This document shows positions 1-11,540 of a stretch of DNA of 64,000 bases, in pieces. Within the stretch, counting starts at the first letter, position 1, and each line of letters starts with the position of its first letter. Position numbers and translations under genes: made by a program. Where the stretch lies: the NCBI GenBank assembly GCA_030704615.1, contig CM060731.1, positions 88,536,001-88,600,000 of the forward strand, read 5' to 3'. A model generated the notes under the pieces. The model saw nothing but the letters and a program-made list of their open reading frames with translations, was not told the DNA's origin and did no database searches. Source of the stretch: Takakia lepidozioides. Its lineage: Eukaryota; Plantae; Bryophyta.

Positions 1-3000
1 CCTGGGTGCGGAAGTGTCCTCAACATTCCCCTCGCTCTCGGACGCGGATTCTATTACGAACTTCTCTACTCTGCCTTTCACAATTCTATGTTTGGCCTCA
101 CGCCTCATTATAATTCTCTGTTTATTCCCATATGTCAATTGCTCTAACCGAGTAGGCCTATCCTCCCTCCTGATGGCTTCTCTAGCAGCCGTGTCTGCAT
201 AGGCTGGTAGAAAAAAGGGCTTATGGGGACTCGCGAGAAACGATTTTCTGGCAAAGAATGGCCGATGCGATTCTGTCTCCTCCTCTGCAACAGGGTCCGA
301 TTCGGGCAAGTCTCCCAGCTTCTCCTCGTCGGACGACTCTGCAAGGCTAAGTGTACGCACAAACATAGAATGAAGTACATTAGAGAATTCAAACAGGGAA
401 TCATCGGCAAGTTGCATGGTCCCTACAACCGAAACCAATACACTTACTATGGTGCAACTCACTCGAAGACAGACATTGGGGGAAGCGGCTTCGGGTGCCC
501 CTTCATCGAACGAATTTCCTGGACTTCCTCCTCTTCATCTTCCTCCTCCCCTTCCACGTCCTCTTTTGCGTTTTTGGGATCCTCAGTTGGAGGCAGACGC
601 TGAAGGCCCGCCAAATTGTAATCGTACAAGGCCGTATCCCCCTCAAATGAGAACACAAATCGGTTCGACATCCTTCCCGTCCACATACAGGCACCTGCGA
701 ATTCATACGATACAACCACAGCCAAACTCAAGAATGAGTCGCTTCCTCGCACAAGCAAACATACACAAACGGAAATGGTGTCAGTTTCGGTGCCGCATTC
801 AATTAACGTTCTCACCTGTATTTGCAGTGACGTCGAGGACCCTGCCTTCAACATCCGTACACGTTTCCATGAGCGTTTGGATGAATGCAGGACTTCTGGT
901 CCTGCCATACCTCCATGGCTTGCCCAACAAATCACAAAGAATGTCCTTCTCTCCCACATGGTTGAACATGACGTTATACTCCAGTGGATCAACTGTGGAA
1001 TCAACAAGTCTTCTTGCTTCACGTAATTTGAATTTCGAATGTTCCTTCACGAAGCAAAATGCCTGAAAGATAAGAGTCTGCAGAGAAGGAAATGAAAACG
1101 TCAGAGGTGGCCTACACGTACAGGGGCAATTTCGGCGCAGAAATTGACATAGCAGAGGAGAACCACAACATACCTTCTAGCCATCTTTGAGAAGACCCTG
1201 CGTGTTGATGCAAGTCCAGATCTTTTTCAGGATGGGTGCTACACTTCTCCCCGTCCATACTTTGATATCATTCTCAGTGATTTCTCCATCGGCTGCTAGC
1301 ACAACAACACAGCCAACGTCGTCCAACATGTTGGCTGCGAACCCGAATGTGTGGCTCCAGTATCTTTCGTCGTACTTGTTCCACCAGGGTACTGAGCCCA
1401 GCCCCAGTATCTCCTGCCCATCTGGGATATCCACAAGGATCATGTCGATGGAGGCTTTCACCGCCCTGCCCCCGACTGTGCTCTTTTTGCCGTGGCTCAT
1501 CGCCACAAAATACTCCATCATCTTTGTGTAGCCAGGAGTGTCCTCCATATCATTGCCAGTGGCCTTCCTCTTCCCCTTCCCCTGGTGGGCCTCGATCGCC
1601 TTCCTCAATCTCGTTATCTCCAGCCTTCTGGTCAGAGCAGTTAGGAAATTTTCATTAACACACTCCACAATTGTGGGTGTTTTGAGGACTTCCCTGCCCG
1701 CAATGTGCACCGCACGGTAGGGTTTGCCAGGTGCATCCTCATATAGTGATCTCTTTGCAGCCGACCCCCCGGAGCGCTGGCCCTTGTGAATTTTCGGACG
1801 AGGTGTGGCCCCCTGGGTGTTTTTCCTGCTGGAAATCGTCGTCGGAATCCTCCTCATCTGGCTGACTGTGTTGCTGCTTCTTCTTCTTGGGTGTGGGGGT
1901 CTTCGTCTCTTGCCCCTGTTTGCGTGTTCTTTTCTTCCTGTCCTTGGGCTGCTCAGCTGTCTGTTTCTCCATCTGCTCCTTCGCCAACGCTGCCGCCTTG
2001 GCTGACTTTCTCAGTGCTTTCTGCTTGGCTGCCTCCTCTGCTTTCAGTCTTTCCGCGTCCTCTGGTTGGGGATCTGATTGCGCCTTCATAGCCCTGGCAT
2101 TCGCTTCCTTCTTCAAGTTAACCTCCGAGAGGTCAACGGTCCCACTTGGGAGATCCACATACCAGGGACAGTCTACCAAATGCTTGGCATGCCACTCCTT
2201 CGCCATTACTTCTGTGTACATCGTTCCACGACCTCCAGGTGTCCTCCACGCCAGGAAGAATGGTGGAACCCTTTGAATGGCTCCGGACGGAATGAGTGCA
2301 AAGTTTATGTACCTGCAATCACGAGGCAGTTCAACAAAAATCATTCTACCGATGCATCATGCAAGTGGAAGTTGTCAATGCACAAGGTATTTCGGCACCG
2401 AAATACGTAGTGGACCATGCCCCAATTACCCAGAACTCACATCTTGTAGAGGTATATTTTGGCGCCGCAATATCCATCGCTGCTTAGCCAAATCATCTAA
2501 ACTGCAAATAGGGGGATGCATTGGCAGCAGATTACCTGAACAGGACATGCATTGCCGCTTTGTCGGCACCCTCCTGCTCTTTGATGTATACGCTGCGTCT
2601 TGCCTTTGCAATTTCTCTGAAAAAGAGGTTTGCGAAGCGCCCTCGCCAGGACTGCACGTAGTTCTCCATTGTCTCAGGCTTCGTCCAGTCGATCTGTAAC
2701 TTGAAAGTGGTGGTGTTGCAGTCCAATTGCTCCTGGGCGTGGGTCAGTACCTGCAGCATGGCAGGTTTCCAAAACATTCATGATTTTGAAATTGCGACGA
2801 TGTCCAACACAGAATAGGAGAAAATTATACCTGATGCCACCAAGTCATCACATTGAGCCAGTCATTCATTTTGTCGTCTGTTGGCTCGATGGGAAAGTGG
2901 TACATCAGCTTCGTGTTTGTATGGCCGTTCCAGATTCGCAGCCACCTCGTCTGCAGCCACCTCACATCGGTTAGACAAGAACTCCAACACAAGAATCGCG

Positions 3001-4756
3001 AGAAGTCACAAAACAAGAATAAACACATGCTTACCTTCTATGCCGGCTCAACACATGACACTGCGATGTGATGAAGTTTCTCCATGGACATTTCCGGTTT
3101 CATGGGTCTGGAGTAATGCAGTCCTATCTCCGCCAGGAACTCGGCACCAAGACCAGGGTCAGCGATTGCAACTTGCTTAACAAGTTTGGACCTGTACTTG
3201 GTCCGGGATTGCCTCCCTGCCTGCACAATATGACTCTCTATCGACGCGTCCGCCTTGTTGGGGGCATCATTCTCAAAGAACTGCCTTTTGGCATAGGCCA
3301 AGTCATCCCTGATGTTCGTCTGCATTCCCATACCCAGCAGATACAGTCAGGCCACGGATCCCTGCAACAAATAGCATTAAATTGATACTGAAATTTCAGA
3401 TGAACCTCACCGAATAGAGGATCTCCACCATGGCGTCCAGTGTTGGTCAGTACCAGGTGCGATCTGCTTTCGCTAGGGACTTCCTGTACAGCTCGGGATC
3501 GAGGGACTTTTGGAAGTCCGTCAGCGGAGCTGTCCCCACTTCTTGCACTCTATAGAGCATATGTGTCAGATGAGTTTCCACGAAGGCCCTCTTTGTTACC
3601 CTGCCATGGAGAAAAAAAACAACATGAAAATATGATTTCGGCACAGCAATCCAATTTCCAGTTCAAAGAGTGCATGACAGTGGTGAACATTGCCTATTTC
3701 GGCGCCGCAATAGGCAGTACACAAGGATGTAATTGTATACTTACAGTTTATATCCGCCATGGCACCCTTCAACAGTCCTCTGTCCCTGACGTCCACCTTC
3801 ACGACAATGCAGTCCACCATGTAATGCCAACTGATATCTTGCGGATGCATTTCAGCAATGTACTCTGTCCAAGCAAGCATCCTGTGGTTCCCGTCCCAAA
3901 CGAAGAACATCTTCCCTTCCATGTGTGCGAATGTGGGATTAGTCTTCAGATAGGCTTCAAACTCGGCATTAACAGTGTGCTAGTGGGGGCCCCAATTCTG
4001 AAGCTCCTCTGCAGTGGGGGCCCTTGTGACACCCTGGTCATTCTCAATGGAAACGTAGAATGCTGCCGACCCCCGTCTGTACCCTTCTCTGAAGTTGTGC
4101 TTCAGTCGATCGATATCCCCTGGCAGTGCTTGCCTTACAACTGGAAGGCTTACCATGCGACACAAAGGAACTTTGAGGTTCTCCGGATACACCATGGAGC
4201 CCAAAACGCGACCTATGTTGCTATGAGTCTCTGCCAGCAACCTGTTTGCTGCTATGTTCATGTCTCGTGCGCTCATGAGCATACCCGCCACCAGTTTCTT
4301 ACTTCTATCACCTCTGTCACTTCCCTCACCCCTCTCACCAGCCTGTCTACTGTCCTGGAGGTTTTGCTCCTCCGCAAGCTCTAGCAGGTTTTGATCGTCG
4401 CCAAGTCGTACCACATTATCGTCCTCTCCTTCTGTCAGCTGAATGGGCCGCCCTTCTGCAGATCCGACTCCCGCATCTCCAGCGGCCTCCACCGCATCCG
4501 TGTTTTCTGAAATTGACTGCAAACCCAATATCTCCGCTTCCAGTCTCCCTAGGGGTTTTACTGGCGAAGCCATGGGCTCCTTCTGCTTCCTCGGCTTCCG
4601 AACTCTAGGTGGGCTTTTCTGAGGCAATATCTGAGGTGTTGAATGAGGACTCGCCTGCCTCGATGCACTTCCACCTTGTGAGCGCAGCACCCGGGCAGGA
4701 GTATCCAAAGTTGACTGTGTTGCCTCGCCCCCCTGCGATCCCTCCCCAGCTCCCAT
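1..4756 (-). pseudogene. Multi-exon ParB/Srx-like + beta-class N4C/N6A DNA methyltransferase-like fusion gene (>1250 codons, runs off window start), disrupted
   Basis: Manual GT-AG model: exons 4756-~3745, 3600-3411, 3361-3035, 2950-2831, 2750-2536, 2312-1174, 1077-816, 694-463, 346-<1. The exon 1/2 junction is out of phase at the best donor (3745) and needs an alternative donor near 3741 or a 1-bp loss. ParB-like part: VPLCRMVSLPVVR...IDRLKHNFREGY...MFFVWDGNHRMLAW. MTase-like part: SIDMILVDIPDG (motif IV position, cf. SVDLILTDPPYG), then RSPAFIQTLMETCTDVEGRVLDVTANT|GACMWTGRMSNRFVFSFEGDTALY across an intron (cf. KP..LLERLI..ST.EGD.VLDPFAGSGTT..AA...GR.FIG.E.D..Y). In-frame stops at 3980, 3447, 3347, 3038, 1177 and a frameshift near 1820. 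Confidence 0.8.
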
Positions 4757-5267
4757 GTCAAACAAACAGGAAAACATGAGACACTGCACGCAAAAAAAAA
4801 GGTGTAAAAGGAATATTGCGTATGGAGTGCTTCACATCCGCGAAGCACGAATCTCTCACTGGTGGGCGATCCGAGTCTCCGGATAACGAGGTCTGCATTT
4901 CATGCATGAGACGGAGCTTAAGTCGTGTCGTCGGCGGCTTCCCAAAATCCCGCGTCCTCCTTCTCTTTGCCGGAGTCGCCTGACCTTCCACAAACTCTAT
5001 GCTACCACTATGCCGCATAAGGAGAGGAAACGCAGGAGAATGTCACTGCAGAAGGGCAAGGAGCGAGAGAGCGAAGCGGTGGAACATGCAACCACTATGC
5101 ACGAGCAGATGCGTAAGCAGCCACGTCTCCCGAAGCGTTGCCACCGTCCACCACTTTTTGCCGTATGGGTGATGAAGAGATTGTGACCCCTGACACGTTC
5201 GCACGGATGAAGTCGACTGGAACACGACGCGTGCCAGTTCCAGCCACCAGTACAAGACGGTTTATCC

Positions 5268-6814
5268 GAATTGCGGCACCGGAATACCTTCCGTTCACCG
5301 GATGTTGTTCCCGGAGCAGCCGGCATTGAATGAAATATCCGCACATCATGAAACCCAACCGCCATGAAATCCCCTGCCTATGACATTCAACAGTCAGGTC
5401 GGTACGTTTCATCAGCGGACGGATGAATTTCGGCGCCGAAATTCATCATATTCAAGTGCTTTCATACACAAACTTACGAATTTCGGCGCCGCAATTCATC
5501 GCTTCCCAAGTCCTCATCCGTCATGAGCAAACCTGTCAGTGGGATATCGGAGCTGGAATTAATTCCGGGACAGTGGAAACGGCTGCACTTGGGCACATTT
5601 CATCCATATTTCGGCGCCGAAATTCATCCAGAGCGAAGACTAAATCGGCACCATGCTACGCTTTGCCGCCATCATTGCCACTGACGGATGCTGTCCATGC
5701 CTGTTGGACTTGCCATTTCTCCCGATTTTTTTTTTTTCTTCGCGAGCAATGAATTTCGGCCCCTAAATTCAACCGACTTCATCCCTCCAAATTCTTTTCA
5801 GGGTTTGAGAGCCGGATTTCGGCGTCGAAATTCATCCAATGCCCTCCCTCCAATATTTATTTTTCTTTGAAATGGATGAATTTGGGCGCCGAAATTCATC
5901 CTTACTGTCCGCAATGAGTAACTGTAATATTACATTTTCTATGCGACGGATGAATTTCGGCGCCGAAATTCGTCCAAACCCGACACTTACTTTTTGCTTC
6001 TGGATGATATAATTTTCCGTAAATCGTTGGAAATACCCCGTTCCGACGAAGATAACAGGAATATTCTGCATTTAATGGAGAAATCGGCATATTGAACCCC
6101 TTCTGTCAAAATTAATTGCATTTTAGCCGTTTTTTTCATTTGAAACCGACAGTATCCATTAAGTGGTTTTTTTCGCACGGGACGTTGCTGCACATAAAGT
6201 ATAATTTCGGCGCCGAAGGTGGAAGGCAGCCATCCTTGCATGAGGTCGGGGATGCATTGGACAGTGATAGCGGATCCTCACCATAGCAAAGTCTCATTTG
6301 GATCCTTTTGTTGTACAGTTCTGAAGCACTTAATGAAAATATTGACGATTTAAAAAATCATTGTGTTCAGACTGCTTGTCTGATTCCCTACATTTCTTCC
6401 GCCAACCAAAATGTATAATAAAAGCAGAAAAGACGCAAACTTCAGTGAAGAACCCTACAAGTAATTTATGCACACCATCGAGCCGGGAACTTGAAGCCAT
6501 GAAAACCCTGCCGTTTCTAACATTCCTATTGGGAAATTTGGCGCCGAAATAGCCCAGTGCGCGCCTTCGTTATATGGGCCTCAAAAATTCCACGGATGAG
6601 TTACTGCACCAAAATATCGCGATGGAAGCCTTCAGCACAAGGTACTTCAGCACATTCCACTTGGGTATTTCGGCGCCGAAATAGCCCGTTCTGCGCCTTT
6701 AAATACCGCACTATATCACATTTTAAGAGGTAATTTCGGTGCTGAAATACCCCTGTGGATGTCTTCAAAACACCATTTTAGCACATTGCTCTTGGGAATA
6801 ACGGCGCCGAAATA
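5268..6814. repeat. Cluster of ~13 palindromes, core TT[T/G]CGGCGCCG[A/C]AA, upstream of the ParB-MTase gene
   Basis: Copies start near 5268, 5422 (perfect 26-mer GATGAATTTCGGCGCCGAAATTCATC), 5478, 5608, 5750, 5816, 5874, 5948, 6203, 6535, 6666, 6732, 6798. Further copies lie in introns (785, 1127, 2387, 2454, 3635, 3691) and at 11889 and 11982. Confidence 0.92.
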
Positions 6815-6917
6815 CCTCATTCCGCATCCTGGACCAGGAGAAACAGACCCTATTACCGAGGTAAGAGGACATAACACCGTCAATAAAGGCAGGAAAATTC
6901 CAATTCCGCGGATGCCC

Positions 6918-6978
6918 GCTCATGAGCTCATAGGCTCATAGGCTCATGGGCTCATGCGCTCATGAAATAGTAAACCTC
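6918..6978 (-). mobile_element. Putative transposon terminus (right end of the ParB-MTase element) with GCTCAT subterminal repeats
   Basis: Tandem gctcat(a/g) units end in GCTCATGAAATAGTAAACCTC (6958-6978), the exact reverse complement of 11438-11458. Confidence 0.6.
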
Positions 6979-6999
6979 GCAAGTCACATGTTGGATCTG

Positions 7000-9700
7000 A
7001 TGGGCATTGCAACTGTGGATGGTGATTCACATGTCCTCCCCACTAATGGGACCCCTCTGTTCATGCTTGGGATTTGGCAAGTTCGTAAACCCCCACTTTT
7101 TTGACTGTGTGCTTGCAGGTCACATGTGCTGCATGGGGCAGAGCCATTCAGTTGGCTACAGGTTCAATTCCTCCGCACATGACAGTATGTGGCCCTATTT
7201 ATGATGGCTTTGACTTACTCATAGAGAGGGCTCGTGTGTTGGTTACTCTATTTTTGGCTTGTTTAAAAACCCTCACTGTGACAGGGATGAGGCTTCTATC
7301 ATTGCTCAATTTTCCACTTGTGATGGTGGAGGAGAATGTTCATGAATCACAAGAAGGTCTGTGGCACCTTGGAACCCATGAATTCAGAATCATGGAGATT
7401 CCAGATTCATATATAGCCAAAGTTGATCTTTTGCTTTGTGATTTCTCTATGTTTCTCATGTTTGTGAGATTCAATGCTTCATCCCTCTGCATGTACCACC
7501 CCGCTTTGTCATGATTGCGAGTTGGAATTGTAGAGATGACCTTTCTTTGAAAACATACATACTTTGAATGGGGGGCTTGAGGTGAGCAATCCAGAGACCA
7601 TTATGTGTTACAGACACTAATTACCAGTCCACATTATGGGTGTGTACTTTGCATGGATTTGCAACCCCCCACATTATTTGGTCCTTCCAAAAATAAAACT
7701 CTTTCTTGCTAGAGCTGGAAGCTCATGGGCGCTATGCCTTCAACCATCCAGATGTGCTGTTATTTATTCTGAATGTGGACATCACCACATGTGCACTTGT
7801 AATTTTACCGCCCATTACCAAGTTGTTGCACCACACGTGAAACAAAAGTATTACAGATTCATAAGCAGTATGGTTGAAAGGTCTGAGAAGTAGATAACAA
7901 GAGGCAAGCTGAACGTCGTACATGGGACACTCAGTTTTTGACAGGAGATGCCAGTTAAGTACCTAAACTTGAGGCAAAACCCAAAAGGATAATGTATGCA
8001 GGCTGAAATGTGGATAGTCTCTGCATTGCTACTGCTTCACCCCCAAACCATCATGGCCACAAGTACCAACGCTGAAAACTGAAGCAGAAACGTCATGCAT
8101 GAGACGATTGCGGGAAGCTACAGTGCATGAATCTACATTGCGGTGTATGTCAATGACACTGTGTATATCCTCGCTCACCTTGATCCATGATCACCATGAC
8201 ATCGTGCTCATCCGAGAGGGCATGGAAGGCCAGTCAATGTGTACCACAGGGAGTAATCATGGAGCAACGGGTACTTCTTGCCAACAGATCGGAGCCTCTT
8301 ATTGCAATTTGCAAGGCACCAAAAGTAGGCCACAGGCTCCTTCTTGTGGATGCCACTCTGACCCAACTAGTGGAGCACGACAATGATAGCTTTTTCTGCG
8401 TAGGCATTCTGTCCTGGTACACGTTCTTGGGCTGCCTTTTGCTTTTTTACTTGAAGATCGAATGCGCGATTCCAAGCGCAACGGTGCTCCATGATTTCAT
8501 CCAGAATTGGCTGGTTTTGCAGACGCTTCTGCTCGACTTCGCGGTAGTGAGAGGCCCGTTTCCACAGCTGCGATTGAGGAGGCATTCTTGCACACTTTGA
8601 AATGCTTTGCCGAGATAGAGAGTCCACTGGAGTGCAAAGCAAGCAGATGAAGGAAGCAGACAACATTCGGTAATGCGTGGGAATCACCTTGTCTGCCAAA
8701 GTGGACAATGGACAAGTCGCACGTAAGGAAATCATCCCTGTGCCTTTTCCAACACATCGGTGGTGACTTGGCATTAGGGGCTGGTCTCACGGTGCATTTT
8801 CCACGCCGTATGGTCCATTCCACGCTTCGTAATTAACATGCAGGAATTATGGTGTTGATGAGATATGTAACTAGTTTTATTTTATTTTATTTTTATTTTT
8901 TATTTTTTATTTTTTATAAATAAATGAAACAGGGAGGCCGTGGCATGGGACTTTATATGGGGAAAAAAATAAAACCCCCATGAACGCCATGAGAGTCACA
9001 CATTGTAGTGCGACCACCTCTTTGTCTTTCCAAGGCCAGATTTCGAAGTTCGTGATTTATTCCGTTTGCAGCGGAGTACTAACTAAACCCATACACCACA
9101 ATCCGTGGAAATAATTGTATGTCCCCATTTCACACAGGTGTGTAACATGCCATGTAAACTAAGCCAACCCCTGCCACGCTCATGGCTGTTTTCACACCGT
9201 TCTTGCCTGGGGTGTGGACCACATGTGAGACACCCCATAGTTAGGGCATATTTAGACCCACACCTTGGCTCAGTGTACAGACCCGTGATAAAAGCCGTGG
9301 AATGTGCCAGGTGTGAGATGGCAGAGCCGTGGAAAAAGCCGGTTTCTCTTCTAGTGTGTAGTGCAACCAACTAGCACAGTGGCAGCGGAGTTGACCAAAG
9401 CAGTCCCGAGAGGGCACAACCACTCTGCGTCTTTCCACTAGCAGTCATACCCCTCGTTGCCATAGCATGGGGACGACGCCACGCGTCGACCCACACACTC
9501 TTCACGTGGTCCCCGTGGATACGTCTGCCGGTAGTTCTGCAGTCGACTTCGCCAGTCGCTGTTGCCACCTGACATGTAGCACTCCAAGTTATGTGGCCGA
9601 CTGCGACGTGGCGTCCTGGGCCCGTGGCCACGCGGCAGCATTGCTGCTCGTTGCGGCGCCGCCACATCGGCATCCGCGTCAGCGTCCACGTGTCACCGCG
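7000..9700 (-). pseudogene. Heavily decayed coding-like remnant, unassigned
   Basis: Stop-riddled Cys/His-rich minus-strand segments, e.g. NYKCTCGDVHIQNK*QHIWMV at ~7742-7804, which has SWIM-like spacing. A T-rich tail lies at 8875-8917. Confidence 0.2.
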
Positions 9701-9999
9701 CCCCGGTGAGTCAGTCTACTCATCCGGAGGGAGAAGTCAAAGCCAGCCCAAAAGGTCAGACACGGGCGGCCGCCCTGGTTACGCCACGTGGTTCTTCAAC
9801 ATTAATTGCATTAATCGCTGAGCAGTTGTTCGCGCGTCTGCGTCCTTTACCACTCCAATCATTGGATGTCCAACCCAACTACCATGTCTGTTGTAACTAG
9901 TCGTTTGTAACTTCCAGTCGATCCCATTTTTTTTTACTTTTACGACTCAAAATGAGTCGTTACCCAAGTGGTAAATGACACAAATGCTTCTAGTGTAGG

Positions 10000-11040
10000 T
10001 CAGAGCACCAAAAGCCCACAGGGGGGAAGATGATTCTCATACAACTGGTTCTATGGGGGAACCTTTTGACATGGCGGAGGACTATGCACTACAAATGGCA
10101 GAGAAGAAACGACGGGGATCTCCTATGCCTGAGAAGTTACTTCCTTATCAACCAAAGGAAGGACAGACATTTCCATTTGGTGACCAGTCATCTCCACCAG
10201 CCAGTGACAGGGTCGGGCTCGCACACAGAGCCCTCCACGGGACTCTCACGGACAGAAGGGTGCTTGTTCACAGAGGTTTGCTGATCCTAAACAGTAAACC
10301 GTGAGGACACGGCTTTTTGAGAGGGGGGAGGGGTAATGTTAGAGGGCTGTCTGGGACTTAGACAATTTTACGGGTTTTGTGGGGTACCCTTAATTTTTGC
10401 GCAGACTTACGGATGGTAGACTTAGACCAACACAGGCCTTAGGGGTGGTAGATAGGCTTACACAGTCAGTCACAGCCTCATACAACCTGACACAACCTTA
10501 CACAGCCTAACACAGCCTATCACAGCCTATCACAGCCTATCACAGCCCGACACAACCAGTCACAACTTGGCACAGTCACAGCCCGACACAGTTCGGCACA
10601 GCCCGTCACAGCATTCACAGGGAACGGTTATTATTGGCAGGGAACGACTATGTAGGAACGACATTTGCAGAGGGAACGTGCATTCTGTCTTGAATGATAG
10701 TTAGTTAGTTAGGCGGTTAGAACAGCTTGCAGATAGATTAGGCAGAGTAGCAGCAACAGGGGGACACTTCGGGGATCACGACCTGTACATCACGGAAGGA
10801 GGTCAAGCGGAGAGCACAATCTTGGAGCATAGGGGATGAAGATTACACATACAAGGAGATGATGCTTGATTCATGCAAGCTGTAGAGTTGACTGTAGAGC
10901 AGACTAGAAACACCATGGCTTCGGCCTGATACTTGATAGATCTTAATCTGATACATATTCCATACTCACACTGTGTAGAGAGACCTGAGTGAAGCTGTGG
11001 AATGAATGGATGAGTGATTGAGTTGTGGCTGTCTCAAACA
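10000..11040 (+). mobile_element. Probable 3' end of an LTR retrotransposon (PPT and LTR-like segment)
   Basis: An ORF ends at 10304, followed by the purine tract GAGAGGGGGGAGGGG (10319-10333) and TGTTAG at 10337. The possible end ...CAAACA at 11040 is uncertain. Confidence 0.45.
10460..10620. repeat. Degenerate ~10-bp tandem repeat (CACAGCCTAT/CACAACC)
   Basis: About 15 units visible directly: cacagcctaa cacagcctat cacagcctat cacagcctat cacagcccga... Confidence 0.9.
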
Positions 11041-11129
11041 CTCCCATCTCCTAGCGTTCTCGCGCATCAAGCAAACAAGAGTCAAAGATAATTTGCGTAA
11101 TTATTGGGCCAGACACAATGATCGGGGAC

Positions 11130-11397
11130 TTAGCAGTAGGCTTTCAGTACCTCCTCCGTGAAAGATCTACTAAGGTACTGTTGATTCTGTTTCATGGCAA
11201 ATAGAACGTTCAGTATTTGGCCAACTTCCCTTAACCCTGGGTACTCGGCCTCGGTGCAGGTGTATCCCTGGGTCCTAAAGAAACTCATTTCTTGGAACAA
11301 ATCCCCTATTAGTAATGTTGCCCTGTGCTCATCCACATTCACCTGACCAGATGGCAATTCGAACAGTTGTTGCAAGTACTGGGGAGTAATCTCTATA
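11130..11397 (-). pseudogene. ORF fragment, possibly a retrotransposon accessory protein, cut at 11398
   Basis: The frame IEITPQYLQQLFELPSGQ...KAYC* begins exactly where the CATGAG-repeat terminus starts. Confidence 0.35.
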
Positions 11398-11540
11398 GGG
11401 GGCTGCTATTTCATGAGCCATGAGCCATGAGCGGCATGAGGTTTACTATTTCATGAGCAGAAACCATGAGCCATGAGCCATGAGCCGCATGAGCCGCATG
11501 AGCGGTGAGCCGAAGTCTAAGACACGCGGATTTCATGAGC
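11398..11540 (+). mobile_element. Putative transposon terminus (left end of the SWIM element), duplicated, with CATGAG subterminal repeats
   Basis: GGGGGCTGCTATTTCATGAGC at 11398 and GAGGTTTACTATTTCATGAGC at 11438-11458, with about 10 CATGAG units. It is an inverted match to 6958-6978. Confidence 0.6.

Noticed and set aside
3440-4384. 314-aa plus-strand ORF (and 416-1066) as genes
   Set aside because: These are antisense shadows of the minus-strand ParB-MTase exons and have no recognisable motifs.
1-4756. Bacterial or phage contamination as the source of the ParB-MTase
   Set aside because: The gene has multiple spliceosomal GT-AG introns and CG/CHG-type decay, and is contiguous with plant genes and transposons.
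5268-6814. CRISPR array
   Set aside because: Spacing is irregular overall, repeat lengths vary, copies also lie in introns, there are no cas genes and the context is eukaryotic.
6918-11540. A single 4.6-kb TIR element spanning these coordinates
   Set aside because: Identity peaks at the inner tips and decays outward, I found no outer TSD, and the interior is a mix of unrelated relics. This reading is disfavoured but not excluded.
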